Part shown: in pieces, positions 27,627 through 38,600 of the stretch
How the letters are laid out: the number at the start of each line of letters is the position of its first letter
Position numbering within the stretch: the first letter of the stretch is position 1
IMG/VR virus record: IMGVR_UViG_3300025141_012307
Strand: one strand, 5' to 3'
Length of the DNA: 64,000 nucleotides
DNA from: an uncultured virus (IMG/VR IMGVR_UViG_3300025141_012307)
Lineage: Duplodnaviria; Heunggongvirae; Uroviricota; Caudoviricetes
Notes under the pieces: model-generated
Told to the model about the DNA's origin: nothing
The model's input: only the letters and a program-made list of their open reading frames with translations
The model's database searches: none
Program-made: the position numbers and the translations under genes

Positions 27627-28101
27627 GGAAGTTATATTCGGGCCAGAGGAGAATATTTCTGATTTTGTCATTGGTGAAATAAACAAAGCAAAAAACACAG
27701 TAGACATTATGGCTTTTTGGTTCACTTGGTTGCCAATTGCAGAGAGTGTTGTGATGGCAAGCAAAAGAGGGGTAAAAGTAAAGATTATAGTTGATGAGCG
27801 CAGCGTCGAGAAAAAACAGAAAGATGTCCATAAAAATGAAATTGAAGTTGTACCATATTTTTTAGATAATAATTTAAGAAATATGGTTAAAATATATAGC
27901 GGAGAGCTTTTACATTATAAGACTGTGCTAATAGATGATAACATTGTTTTAAATGGGACATGTAATTTTTTTAACGGGTCTCTCAATCGCCACGAGGAAC
28001 ATTACATGAAAATTATAAGCAAAGAATTGAAATTAGTGTTTGATAAGCAATTCAATAAATTGTGGAATGAAAAATCTTATTTGGCAGAGGGAAAGAAATG
28101 A
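27607..28101 (+). CDS. Single-domain phospholipase D family (Nuc-like) protein
   Basis: INKAKNTVDIMAF, KRGVKVKII, HYKTVLIDD (HxK-x4-D), NGTCNF. Confidence 0.8.
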   Translation: MIEARIEEVIFGPEENISDFVIGEINKAKNTVDIMAFWFTWLPIAESVVMASKRGVKVKIIVDERSVEKKQKDVHKNEIEVVPYFLDNNLRNMVKIYSGELLHYKTVLIDDNIVLNGTCNFFNGSLNRHEEHYMKIISKELKLVFDKQFNKLWNEKSYLAEGKK

Positions 28102-28233
28102 AGTCAGTCTACGGGGACGATTGCCTAACTTTTTTAACAGCCTCATCAGGAGATTTAAAGTCAATATAGACGAGTATGAGAAGTTAGCCGGAAATATAAA
28201 ACCATTAATGGATTTTTTAGTGAAAGTAGAATT

Positions 28234-28566
28234 ATGATTATTTACGTTGACATAGATGAAACTATATGTTATCATGAGGATGAAGAGACCTCAAAAGCAC
28301 GAGATTATACAAAAGCTATGCCCTATAAAGAACGTATACAAAAAATAAATAACCTATACGACAATGGAAATACAATTGTATATTGGACAGCTAGAGGATC
28401 TGTTACTGGGCTAGACTGGACAGATTTGACGGCTGCGCAGCTAAAGAAGTGGGGAGCAAAACACCACGACCTTAAGCTTGGTAAACCTCAATATGATTTA
28501 TTCATTGATGATAAGAACATCAATTCTGAAGAGTTTTTTAAAGGAGAAAAAAATGAAACTATCTAA
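28234..28566 (+). CDS. Small HAD-superfamily phosphatase
   Basis: YVDIDETI, WTARG, KP.YDLFIDDK. Confidence 0.8.
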   Translation: MIIYVDIDETICYHEDEETSKARDYTKAMPYKERIQKINNLYDNGNTIVYWTARGSVTGLDWTDLTAAQLKKWGAKHHDLKLGKPQYDLFIDDKNINSEEFFKGEKNETI

Positions 28567-28744
28567 TCAAGCGATTGGCGCTCTTATGGTAACACTCCAG
28601 AAGTGCTTGGCCGAACAGGCAGATATGACTGAACTGTTGTCTGATTGGGATCTAGAGGTAAAGGACGATGAAGTTATTGTTCTTAATCCACCGTCATACA
28701 AAGTTGATACCCTAGGCTTGGATATCGACCCGCAGAATGCCTAA
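28553..28744 (+). CDS. Small hypothetical protein
   Basis: AAGGAG SD, ATG at 28553. Confidence 0.6.
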   Translation: MKLSNQAIGALMVTLQKCLAEQADMTELLSDWDLEVKDDEVIVLNPPSYKVDTLGLDIDPQNA

Positions 28745-29003
28745 GTATGACTACCAGTGTTTAGATTGTCAAGAACAATTTGAACTTAGACACTCTTATA
28801 AGTTTACAGAAGCGCAGTGCTCTTCCTGTAAATCCTGCAAGGTGACAAAGGTATTGTCAAGTGTTAGCAATATCTTAAAGAAAGGAAACTCTCGCAAAGG
28901 AACCCAAAAGGCGGGAGAAGAAGTTGAAAAAGCAATAGAAGATGGCAAAAAAGAACTTCTTGCCTCAAAGAAAGATATACAAGGGAAGGTATATAAAAAA
29001 TGA
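28737..29003 (+). CDS. FmdB-like zinc-ribbon protein
   Basis: MPKYDYQCLDC...CSSC. Confidence 0.8.
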   Translation: MPKYDYQCLDCQEQFELRHSYKFTEAQCSSCKSCKVTKVLSSVSNILKKGNSRKGTQKAGEEVEKAIEDGKKELLASKKDIQGKVYKK

Positions 29004-29332
29004 TAACATACTCTCTCGCACTTATTTGTATTATTATTTCTGTTGCTTTGGGTATCATGGTCTGGTATGTCCGTAGGCTACTGTCTTCTATAAGGGAAAC
29101 TTATTCTTTTGTCCGTGCAGTTTTGTCGAATGTTGAAGAATACTTTGAGCACTTAGAGAAAGTATATAATATGGAAACATTTTATGGAGATAGCGTGTTG
29201 AGCGGGTTACTAGAGCACACAAAGAATCTCAAAGAAGAGTTGAACAACGCAGTCAGATCAGGGAATGATTTTTTTGGGGATGAAAATACCCAAAGCTCCA
29301 CAGCACCCGAGGAAGAACTGGCCAATGACTAA
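29000..29332 (+). CDS. Membrane-anchored coiled-coil hypothetical protein
   Basis: N-terminal transmembrane helix followed by a helical region. Confidence 0.6.
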   Translation: MITYSLALICIIISVALGIMVWYVRRLLSSIRETYSFVRAVLSNVEEYFEHLEKVYNMETFYGDSVLSGLLEHTKNLKEELNNAVRSGNDFFGDENTQSSTAPEEELAND

Positions 29333-30053
29333 AGTAAAAACCAAGGCAAAGACTAGAGCACCAGCTAAGCCGGGAGCAAAAAAGAAAAAGAAGAATTATT
29401 ACTTCACGCAAGAAACAGAAAATGCTATCTTAGAATATTGTGCAACACAGAGCACCTCTGAGCGAAGCCAGCTTTATATTAAACACATCCAGCCAGCCTT
29501 CGATGAGTTGGTAAACAAGATCGTGTATACTTATAAGTTTAACTCACTAGAGAATATCGAATATCACAAGGATGACTGTAAAATATGGCTAACCACAATT
29601 CTAGGAAAATTTGACCCAACCCAGGGAACCAAGGCCTTCTCTTATTTTTCTGTAGTAACTAAAAATTGGTTTACTCATAAAGCTAAAACGCAGACAAAAA
29701 AGAATAAAAGAGAAATTAATTACGACTCAATGATCCGAGAAGTAGAAATAGCCACCAAAACAACAGATGTATACGACGACGCTGAAGAGGCCCAGTTTTG
29801 GATATTTTTAATGAAAGAAATTGAATCATGGGATAATATTAAATTAAAACCAAACGAAAAGAAGGTCTTAGACGCAATTACCACCTTGATGTCTAATATA
29901 GAACAAATTGAGATTTTCAACAAGAAGGCGATCTACCTGTATATGAGAGAGATCACAGGGCTAAATACCAAGCAGATAGTTAGCTGTCTCAATAAGATGA
30001 GAGCCAAATATCGCCTGTTTAAAAAGAAATGGGACGAAGGAGAAATCAACTGA
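29325..30053 (+). CDS. Phage sigma-factor-like protein (gp55/late-sigma-like)
   Basis: NYYF..., KFDPTQGTKAFSYFSVVTKNWF resembles sigma region 2 (FDP...F.YF); C-terminal HTH-like REITGLNTKQI; sits at the head of the structural block. Confidence 0.6.
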   Translation: MTKVKTKAKTRAPAKPGAKKKKKNYYFTQETENAILEYCATQSTSERSQLYIKHIQPAFDELVNKIVYTYKFNSLENIEYHKDDCKIWLTTILGKFDPTQGTKAFSYFSVVTKNWFTHKAKTQTKKNKREINYDSMIREVEIATKTTDVYDDAEEAQFWIFLMKEIESWDNIKLKPNEKKVLDAITTLMSNIEQIEIFNKKAIYLYMREITGLNTKQIVSCLNKMRAKYRLFKKKWDEGEIN

Positions 30054-30068
30054 GATCCTATTTACTGT

Positions 30069-30359
30069 ATGAAAAAAGATTTAAACTCACTAATTGAGCA
30101 AGCCCTGGATAATATCAACAAAGATCGCCAGGAAACAGAAACCCTTCTGCAAAACCTCAAAGAATATATGCATGTCTCATCTGACCGGTATTCCGATTCG
30201 GGCCCCGTTGCTGCTAAATTTGTAGAAACTTTGCAAAGAAGTAATGAACAATTAGTTAAGCTAGCGACATTAGTTTATAAGAAAGATTCGACTCAAAACC
30301 AACAAGGATTATCAGAAGACGACAAGAAAGAACTCTTTGATCTGATAAAGGAGGAATAA
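30069..30359 (+). CDS. Hypothetical helical protein
   Basis: Clean ORF 4 nt after CTATTTA. Confidence 0.6.
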   Translation: MKKDLNSLIEQALDNINKDRQETETLLQNLKEYMHVSSDRYSDSGPVAAKFVETLQRSNEQLVKLATLVYKKDSTQNQQGLSEDDKKELFDLIKEE

Positions 30360-31670
30360 ATGGCTACTCCTCCTTATCTTGGAAATAATCGGGTTCTTGG
30401 AAATAAACAGATAATTGAAGATCATACCCTGCCAATTACCAATACCGTCTATAATGAGGATGGGCCAATAGAGGCAGTCAAGGCAGCCACTGCGGCATAC
30501 TCCATGACTAAAGCAAAAACCTCCTGGAAATGGGTTCAAATAAAAGAACTCTTAGGAGATACTGATGGCTCTGAAACCAGAGACCACCAACAAAGGGCGG
30601 CCGACTCAGAGCAGGGCGCACAAGTCCTAGGAAGACCATTTTCGGATTCTACATACGCATGTATTCCAACGCTACCTGTCGCTGACGGCGAATCAAATAT
30701 ATGGATACCCAGATGGGACTGTCCAAAACAGTGGATACAAATGGCTAAGCCTGGCAGTTGGGCTAGAGTAAGCTTATATACTCCGTCCTCCCATGCTCCT
30801 AAGTTTTCTTGTCTGGGTGGCAGCACTGACCCTGAAGGAATTGTAATAGAAATTGTAGAAGCCGGCGCAATAGATGCCCCACTCCCACCAGCGAAACGCT
30901 CATCATCTGAGCAGGCCAAGTTCAGGAAGGCTTGTGAGGTTCCGCGCACCGGCGCAGAATTGAAACGACCAAATGGAGGGAGAAAGTCAGCCGTAAAACC
31001 AAAGTGTGCGCTAGCTTGGAATAGAAGAACTGAGGATCTGCCTAATCTTAATGATCCTGGCGGAGAATATCCAATGCACCCAGCGACGAAAAAATTTGCC
31101 ACATCTACAAAACCCTTCGAAGACAGCCTGATCAGACCCTTAACAGAGCAGGCAGATTATGGACCAAGAATACATCCCGTAACAAAAAAACCATCATACC
31201 ATCCGGGAGTAGATTTTAATGTGGGAAACTCAGGCCCGATCATCGGCAAAGCGTGTTATGCCGCTCTTGACGGGCAGGTCGCTGCATCTGGAGTAAGCCC
31301 CACATGGGGAGTTTATATTATTCTAAGGCATGGTCCATTTTATGACTTAGTTTCGACAGAGACCTATTCCGCATCGAGTAAAAAGTATAAAAGAACCTTA
31401 AAGGGTACTCAACTTTTTACCATTTATTGCCATCTCGATCAATCTGGGACAAAAGTTCGTCCCCCTCAGCGCGTCGCCCGCGGCGAACAGATTGCCGTCT
31501 TTGACAACACTGGACGTTCAACCGAGCCACACTTGCACTTTGAGGTGCTATGGGGTGGAATTACTGGTAAGTTTACTGGCTATAATAAAATGCCCCGAAC
31601 CGACCCTATGATATTCTTTAATAGTAGCTTCACTCGTAACGGGACATTCACAAAGAGCAAATCCTCATGA
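30360..31670 (+). CDS. Virion-associated protein with a C-terminal M23 peptidase domain
   Basis: GPRIHPV...HPGVDF, YCHL, TGRSTEPHLHFEV. Confidence 0.85.
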   Translation: MATPPYLGNNRVLGNKQIIEDHTLPITNTVYNEDGPIEAVKAATAAYSMTKAKTSWKWVQIKELLGDTDGSETRDHQQRAADSEQGAQVLGRPFSDSTYACIPTLPVADGESNIWIPRWDCPKQWIQMAKPGSWARVSLYTPSSHAPKFSCLGGSTDPEGIVIEIVEAGAIDAPLPPAKRSSSEQAKFRKACEVPRTGAELKRPNGGRKSAVKPKCALAWNRRTEDLPNLNDPGGEYPMHPATKKFATSTKPFEDSLIRPLTEQADYGPRIHPVTKKPSYHPGVDFNVGNSGPIIGKACYAALDGQVAASGVSPTWGVYIILRHGPFYDLVSTETYSASSKKYKRTLKGTQLFTIYCHLDQSGTKVRPPQRVARGEQIAVFDNTGRSTEPHLHFEVLWGGITGKFTGYNKMPRTDPMIFFNSSFTRNGTFTKSKSS

Positions 31671-32689
31671 CAGATTTCCCAGATATATCTAAAAAAGCAA
31701 AAGCCTCGCTGGGCACCGCCGCAGCGCAAGCCGCCTTATCCGAAAATGATGCCCTAGACAAAACAATGAAGGGACTTGTCTCTGGAATGAAATTAGCAGT
31801 TGACAGGGCTATGAGCTTTCGTCAACGAGCTACAAAAGAAGGTGGGTTATATAATAGTAATATTTTAGAGGCGGTACCCCACTTTAGGTTTACCGAAGCC
31901 GAGGGAGCCGCGTTAGCCGATGGTGGACTCAAGGGGAAACACAATACTTTTATAATCTTTGGGCGTGATCGTCCAGGTAGCGCCGACTCTGGCGGTGGAG
32001 CATCCCCAACAACCCACAACGGGTGTATCGATATCATAGCAGGACTTTCAGGAGTTCAAGCAAGAGAGATTGACAGACCTGGCGGGGAAAAAGTACTAAC
32101 AAACAAAAGCACAGAATTAGATGCAGCAAGAATTTATATCACTCAGAAAGCCGCCGGCCCTGCTGGTATTGACGGAAGAGAGTATTTCAATATTGCACCA
32201 GGAAAGAATATTGGACATATTCCGAATAGGTCAGCCATTGTGGTTAAGGCAGATTCTGTCCGCATCGTTGGACGGGAAGGGATTAAATTTGTAACTGGCG
32301 ATGTTTATAACGGATCTTTAGGGTTGAATATAAAAAATAAGATCAAGGGAATTGAATTGATTGCTGGCAATAACAGCGCCGATCAACAGCCCCTGGTCAA
32401 GGGAGACGACTTAAAATTTGTTCTAGACTCTTCACTACATGATATGAAACAACTGCACTCCTCGGTTTCAACTCTTTATAACTTAGTTGTGTATTTTATA
32501 CTTTCATTTGTAGACCCTACTGGTTTTGCCGCTTCCCGTTTGAACGGCGCTCTGAGAGAACTTCCACAAGAGTTCGTAAATCTCTGGATTCAGGAAATAA
32601 ACTATATAATTCACGAGCTTAATTATAACACCGAGAAAAACCCTTGGGCAGCTTATAATTTTAAGAGTCGTTTTAATACGACCAATTAG
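31667..32689 (+). CDS. Probable baseplate hub/spike-associated protein
   Basis: IIFGRDRP, ADSVRIVGREGIK, QPLVKGD beta-repeat-like segments; position between the M23 gene and gp25. Confidence 0.45.
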   Translation: MTDFPDISKKAKASLGTAAAQAALSENDALDKTMKGLVSGMKLAVDRAMSFRQRATKEGGLYNSNILEAVPHFRFTEAEGAALADGGLKGKHNTFIIFGRDRPGSADSGGGASPTTHNGCIDIIAGLSGVQAREIDRPGGEKVLTNKSTELDAARIYITQKAAGPAGIDGREYFNIAPGKNIGHIPNRSAIVVKADSVRIVGREGIKFVTGDVYNGSLGLNIKNKIKGIELIAGNNSADQQPLVKGDDLKFVLDSSLHDMKQLHSSVSTLYNLVVYFILSFVDPTGFAASRLNGALRELPQEFVNLWIQEINYIIHELNYNTEKNPWAAYNFKSRFNTTN

Positions 32690-32696
32690 GAAGAAG

Positions 32697-35600
32697 ATGG
32701 CACTCACGCAAGCACAAAAAAACATTGTTAATCCATCCGCCCGAACATATTCGGATCCTGAGAATGATCCTACACGGAATGGAGTAGGGTATGCATATGA
32801 TCAGTGGAGAAATAAGTTTGTCTTAAATGCTATTCATGAATCTTATATATCTTATTACGAGTTTCCCGCTGCTGGGATGCGCCTGTTCCCAAATCATATA
32901 GGGGAAAGGATCGAGCCCGAAAATCCTCTACCAAGAGAGCAACAAGAGCAAGAGCAGGAAGAAGACCAGAACAGGCTTTTCAGGCTCCCATTCCAGCCTC
33001 CAAACATCGACCTCGGGGTACAAATAATAACAGACGATGATCTTTACGCATATTGCGCCTTACACCCACAGAATGGAAAAGTTGTTTCAAGCGACGATGG
33101 CACTTTATCTATTACTGTATTATCAGAAGAAGAAGCAAATGAGCAGCTTAATAAAATATATAGAATTAGTGACGCACGCATAAACTATGTCACTAACTCG
33201 GCACCCCTCTCTTTTGACCCCGATAAACCCGAGGGACGATATAAGCTCATACACATAGACCCTCACCACTCAGCAGAATATATTGCGCAGCTAAGAAAGG
33301 CTATCGGAAAAGAAGACACGCCGCCGCTAGCAACATACTCTTCTATATCTATGGCTAGTACAATCTTGGCCCCTGAGATTACAGGGTATATCTCGACAGA
33401 CGCAAATGTAGATTTAGACGACTGGACAAACAATTGTAATCCAGGCACAGAAACATCTAAGACATATTATAGCGCTAGGGATCAAAAGTTCTACTACACC
33501 AAAAGAACAAGACAGACCTCACCAGATTATTATGATCTTTCTTTTTATGAGGAAGATAGTGAAGATGATATGGAGAGGGTTGGCTTTCGAACAGTCAAGG
33601 GGAATATCGAGCGCGCTCTTTTCACTGGTGTCAAAGAGATTCTATTATCAGTTGGAAAATTCAGTCATGAGAACAGAAAGTCCATATTGAACTCCCGCCC
33701 GAAGAAAGCATATTTCCTTTCTAACTTAGATATTCGCCCAACTTCCCGCTGGACATTCTCAGTTCAAATTGACAGAGAGGTTATTGACAATCTTGGTGGC
33801 GTAGATAATATGTCATATGAAGAAGAGGAGTTGACAGTCCTTCAAAAGGCCGAGGTATTGATGAACCCCGAGAAAACTGTCATTGCCCATCATGAAACAT
33901 ATGTTTTCGATGATCTACTACAATACCTTAGGTCTACTAGGATCCTATTGGAGGGTTATGTTACCAGCATGTCCGAAGAGGGAGTTTATTCTTTGCCTTT
34001 TGGATCCCCCGAAGATAGAACTCCGGAACCCTCAGATAGATCCGGAATGTTCTATTTAGACGATGAGATCGCTCGGATAGGGGCGATTCCAGATGTATTG
34101 AGTACCTTTCTTTCATATAACAAAAGAACGATAACAGAAGATACCGTTTTAGAATTTTTCTTTAACTCAAAATATAAACTTTTATATATTTGTGCAGATG
34201 GAGAACTGCTGACAAGAGGGCTTGGGAACACAGATTTTGTAAAGCTCGGTGAGGATCGCCAGTTCGGAACCATATTAAATGCATTTGGGTTTATGACTTC
34301 CACCACTTTTTCATATCTTCGCCATGCAAGAACGATTCATCGAGAATATTCTTCTTCTGGACAAGATAGTACGGGAATGGCGAACGGAGAACAGTGGACA
34401 ACTTTCCTGCCGAAATATACATACCCACAAATAGACATTGACCCTGAAACAATAAAAATTGTAAATGAAGAGAACTCCCTTTTAAATAAAAGGAAAAAGC
34501 TTCTCTTTGAGAGAATCTCAAAAATAGCCAGTGTGCCTCCCCATCAGGCTGAATTATTATATCAACGTAAAGTTACCGATAAGAACTGGGTACGCACCCG
34601 AGTTACAGAACTCGTAAAGGGTGCAAACTGTGATACTGCACAAGCTCAACTTGCTAATGATGTAGTTGGCTTCTGGAATGCTTTAAACGAAAAGCAAAAT
34701 GTTCGGGCACTAATTAGAGAAACTATAATATTAATGAAGAGAGAGATAAAGAATGATGCCCTTATCTTAGGGATGTCTAACCATGATGTGTTGGACGGAA
34801 CCGAACGTTTAAATAGGAGTCTAGATCTCGACCCAAGCAAGCAACCCGGCGAAGGCTGGGCCGAGCAGACAGCAGGACTGTGGTCAAACGAACAGAACGG
34901 AAACCAGGCTTTTATTCGCAAAGAAATAGAGAATCTTATAAACTCTCAGATTACCTGCGCCCTTGATGTATTCGGAGACGTTATTCAGGATGGCATATTA
35001 AATCCAATTGGTGCTCCCCCAGAAATAAATAGCCTGGTAAGATCCGGGGTAAATGACCTTCCTTTGAAGGTAAAACTAAAAAAGGTTCCAACTATTTCTG
35101 CCAAGGGAGATATGTCAGAGGTTTATGGCAAGGTCATAGAGACCATGATACAGCAAATGTTAAAGTCTCTATTAGCCGGCATCGCCAGGGATTTATTACG
35201 AGCCTCCTTGGGCTGCGGGCCAAACCCCTCACAAGATCAACAATTAGATAATTTGTTGAAACGACATGACTATGGCTATAGCCTATTGTCCGAACACACA
35301 GAAGGACTCAATCTTCGGCAAATAGCAGTAGACTCAGGACTGGTAACTCTTCCAGAAAACATGCTCCCAGTAAATTTAAGGGAAGAAATTAATAATCTTA
35401 CTAGACGAAGAGAAGAGGCTTTAGACGATATTGAGGAGACTCTAGACAGAGATCAGAATGTGCCCCAACGATCATATGACTTTGTCGATAGACTAACTCA
35501 GCAGATTGCGGAAAAACAAAGCATATTAGAACAAGGCGCACAAGGACTCACGGAGGCGATCCCACCAACTCCACAGCAAATGAAGTCGTTCTTGAGGGAC

Positions 35601-38600
35601 ATTTCAATGATGTGTACTCCCGCTGAACTACAGCAACTGCTTTTTGGTGAGGCTGATAATCTTCTTTATGAATTAATTTACGAAACTGTCACCAACGGAG
35701 AAGTAAAAATTAAGACAGGCGAGAAGCCTGACGTCAATGGTGATATGGAGCCAACTTATTATATTGTGAGACCAGTGGTTTACAAGAGCTTGACTAAAAC
35801 AAAGGATATTATTAGAACATTCTTCCAGAACGTCGGCAACGCTATGATGCCTGACGACATGAGCGGCGTTGACGATATGAGTTTTCAGTCGCCGCTGGAA
35901 GCTTATTGTAGCGGAAAAGAGCCAGATCTTTCGCCTCTTAAGTTAAGAGTTAGTATGGAACAATTACAAACACAATATGTCCAAGTAATTGATTCTCGAA
36001 TCAATAAAATCAATACTTTATGTGAATTTTTACAAAGCCTTAATCAGATAGAAGAGTATATCAACGAGATGCTCAACTGGATTCCAGTAATGGACTGGTA
36101 TGATGCTATTTTACAACTTCTAGCTGATAGTAGTAATTCTTTTGTAGACTTTATAACTTCCTTATTTGCTAAGTGGTTCGATGAAGCGCCACCACGAGCA
36201 CTTGCCAAGGTTGACAATTTTTATAGTACTCGTATGGGCGCAGAATTATTTTTTCAAATAAGGGATAATTTAAAATCTTTTAATACTTTTGAAGTAATTA
36301 CGCTGGACTCAACCATGTCGCCCCCAGTAGAGAGGGATGATTTTTATGATCCAGATGATGGACAGACATTTTATGTACTTGGAGGCCCTCAGGGAACCTA
36401 CCCCAATGCCAATTTTCAACATCTTGGTGTACCTTTCCTGTCCAGGGACACGCCGACTAATGTAGTTATAGAATATCTTAATCCGAATATGTCTTATGTA
36501 TTTGAGGCGTCCCCCATGCAGCCGGGCGCTTCACTCCGCCGCTTACCGTTACCATATATAGAGCCACACAACTATCAACAATTTTACGACGAGGCAGAAT
36601 ATGCCTCACGTACAGCCCCATGGGCCTACCGCCAAGCACTTTGGCCGGGATTTAATTCCGGGCATTACCCCAGAACAGACTCCCAGCAACTTGAATATGG
36701 GTCGGATATTCTAGAAAAGATATCAAATACTGCATGGAAAAACCAGCCTTATACGGGCTTCGTTTCTCCTATCTTTGTATCAGCGAGAAATCTTCTCCGA
36801 GGTGGCTATGACTTTTATGGGATTAATGTAGGGGTAGATACTCCAGAGTATGAAAAATTAGCCTCGTGGGCACCAGAAATCGGTACATTGGGTCGATTAT
36901 GGCTCGACGGCGATGTGGAATCAAATTTAGACAGTGGGCAGCCGCTTACTGGAGATAACTCACCTCTAGTTTACGGACATGCCTACGCCGGCTGGACTAA
37001 CGACGATACTTATACACCTATTTTTATTGGATCCGGTAACATGCCATCTATTAATAATCGGCAAGTTAAGGAACTTTTGAATAAATATTTTTTAGGGCTA
37101 TTTGGACGTGAAGACCCGAGAGCCCCCTGGGCTGCTTTTGCTAATTGGAAAATGTCCCCGGAAAAGGCTCTCGACCAAACATACTACACAGATATAGGAA
37201 AAAGAAGGTTACCCCAATACATTGGAGCAATTAACAGAGACCCCTTAAAGGTGCTAGATGATCGATGTGTGACTCATGATGATATTAAGAAGGCCACGGC
37301 GATTGTAAAAACTGTTCAAACAAGGGTACAAAAACTTTTCTTAAACGCAATGCCTATAGTTAGAATTTATACAGGCTGGAATACTATCTCAACTAAAAAG
37401 ATTGTATGTGATTATCTTTCTAGAAGCATAACTCAAGAATTAACAGATCGTGCATTAATGGGGCTCGTATATCAGAATTTACATATTGTAGAAAAAGTCT
37501 TTGCAGATGAACCAGATAATAATTTCTCATTCTCGCGAGACAGTCTTCCAAAAGATAATTTTTATGAGTTAGTTGAGGCAATATATGTCGGAATGTTAAA
37601 TAACATCTCTAAATATTCTGAATATGAATGGGCAAATACAAATACTTATTCTTATTATTCTACAGAATATGTTACAAAACACGGAAAAGATAATGAAACT
37701 TTGACCAGATATGGCATAGCTTTAAATTTGTTCTTTAGGGAAATGAAAGAAAACCTTGAAAACGACCAAGCAACGTATGGGTTAGAACCAGAAGAAATTC
37801 CTACTACAGTTAGTTTAATTGACAGAATTATAAACAGTCCAGATGGTATAAAATCAGTTGGACATTATTATTTCCCACTAGGAGTCTTAACTGCCGCACA
37901 AATTATCTATTATGATTATTCCATCAATTCAGCCGGCAGATATTCACAAACCAATTACAGACTTCAACTAGAGGCCGCTGGAGCCGACGACGCGCTATTG
38001 ACAGCATACAGGGGTGTGACAACACGCCAATTCTCAGAGCCATTTAGGAATTTTCCGCAGACAGTAAAAGAATACACAGGAGAATCTGAGATAACTTATT
38101 ATAATTCTATAGAAGTTCGCCGCCGCTTAGAACTCTTGAAGAGCAAAGCCACTATAGCTAGCTTCGGCGGACAATTCGGTGCTATCAATTATAGTGTTGA
38201 TCAATTAGTCAACATGTCATTCTTGGATTTCCAAGAAAGGATAGTTCCTTATGTGGAATTGTGGATGAGAGAGAATGACGGTACAATAGAAGGACTGTCG
38301 CGTGGAAATCTCCCAGGACTTACCGACCTAGACGACGCCGCGGCAACAGAGTTAATAGAAAAGGGTTGGTATAATATAATAGCACGCTACCCGATCGGCC
38401 CGCCGCCAGGAGGTGGGGGTTACACATATTATAACGATGTATATAAATGGATCTTCGGAGATTGGGATCGAAACCAAAGAGGTGACCCCAATAGGGTGAT
38501 TTTAGCAGAATCCTCGGGCTATCTCGATATTAATAAGGATATCGTCCCTGGTATTTTTACTCCTAAACAATATTTTGAAGAATTCGGAAGGTTCTATAAT

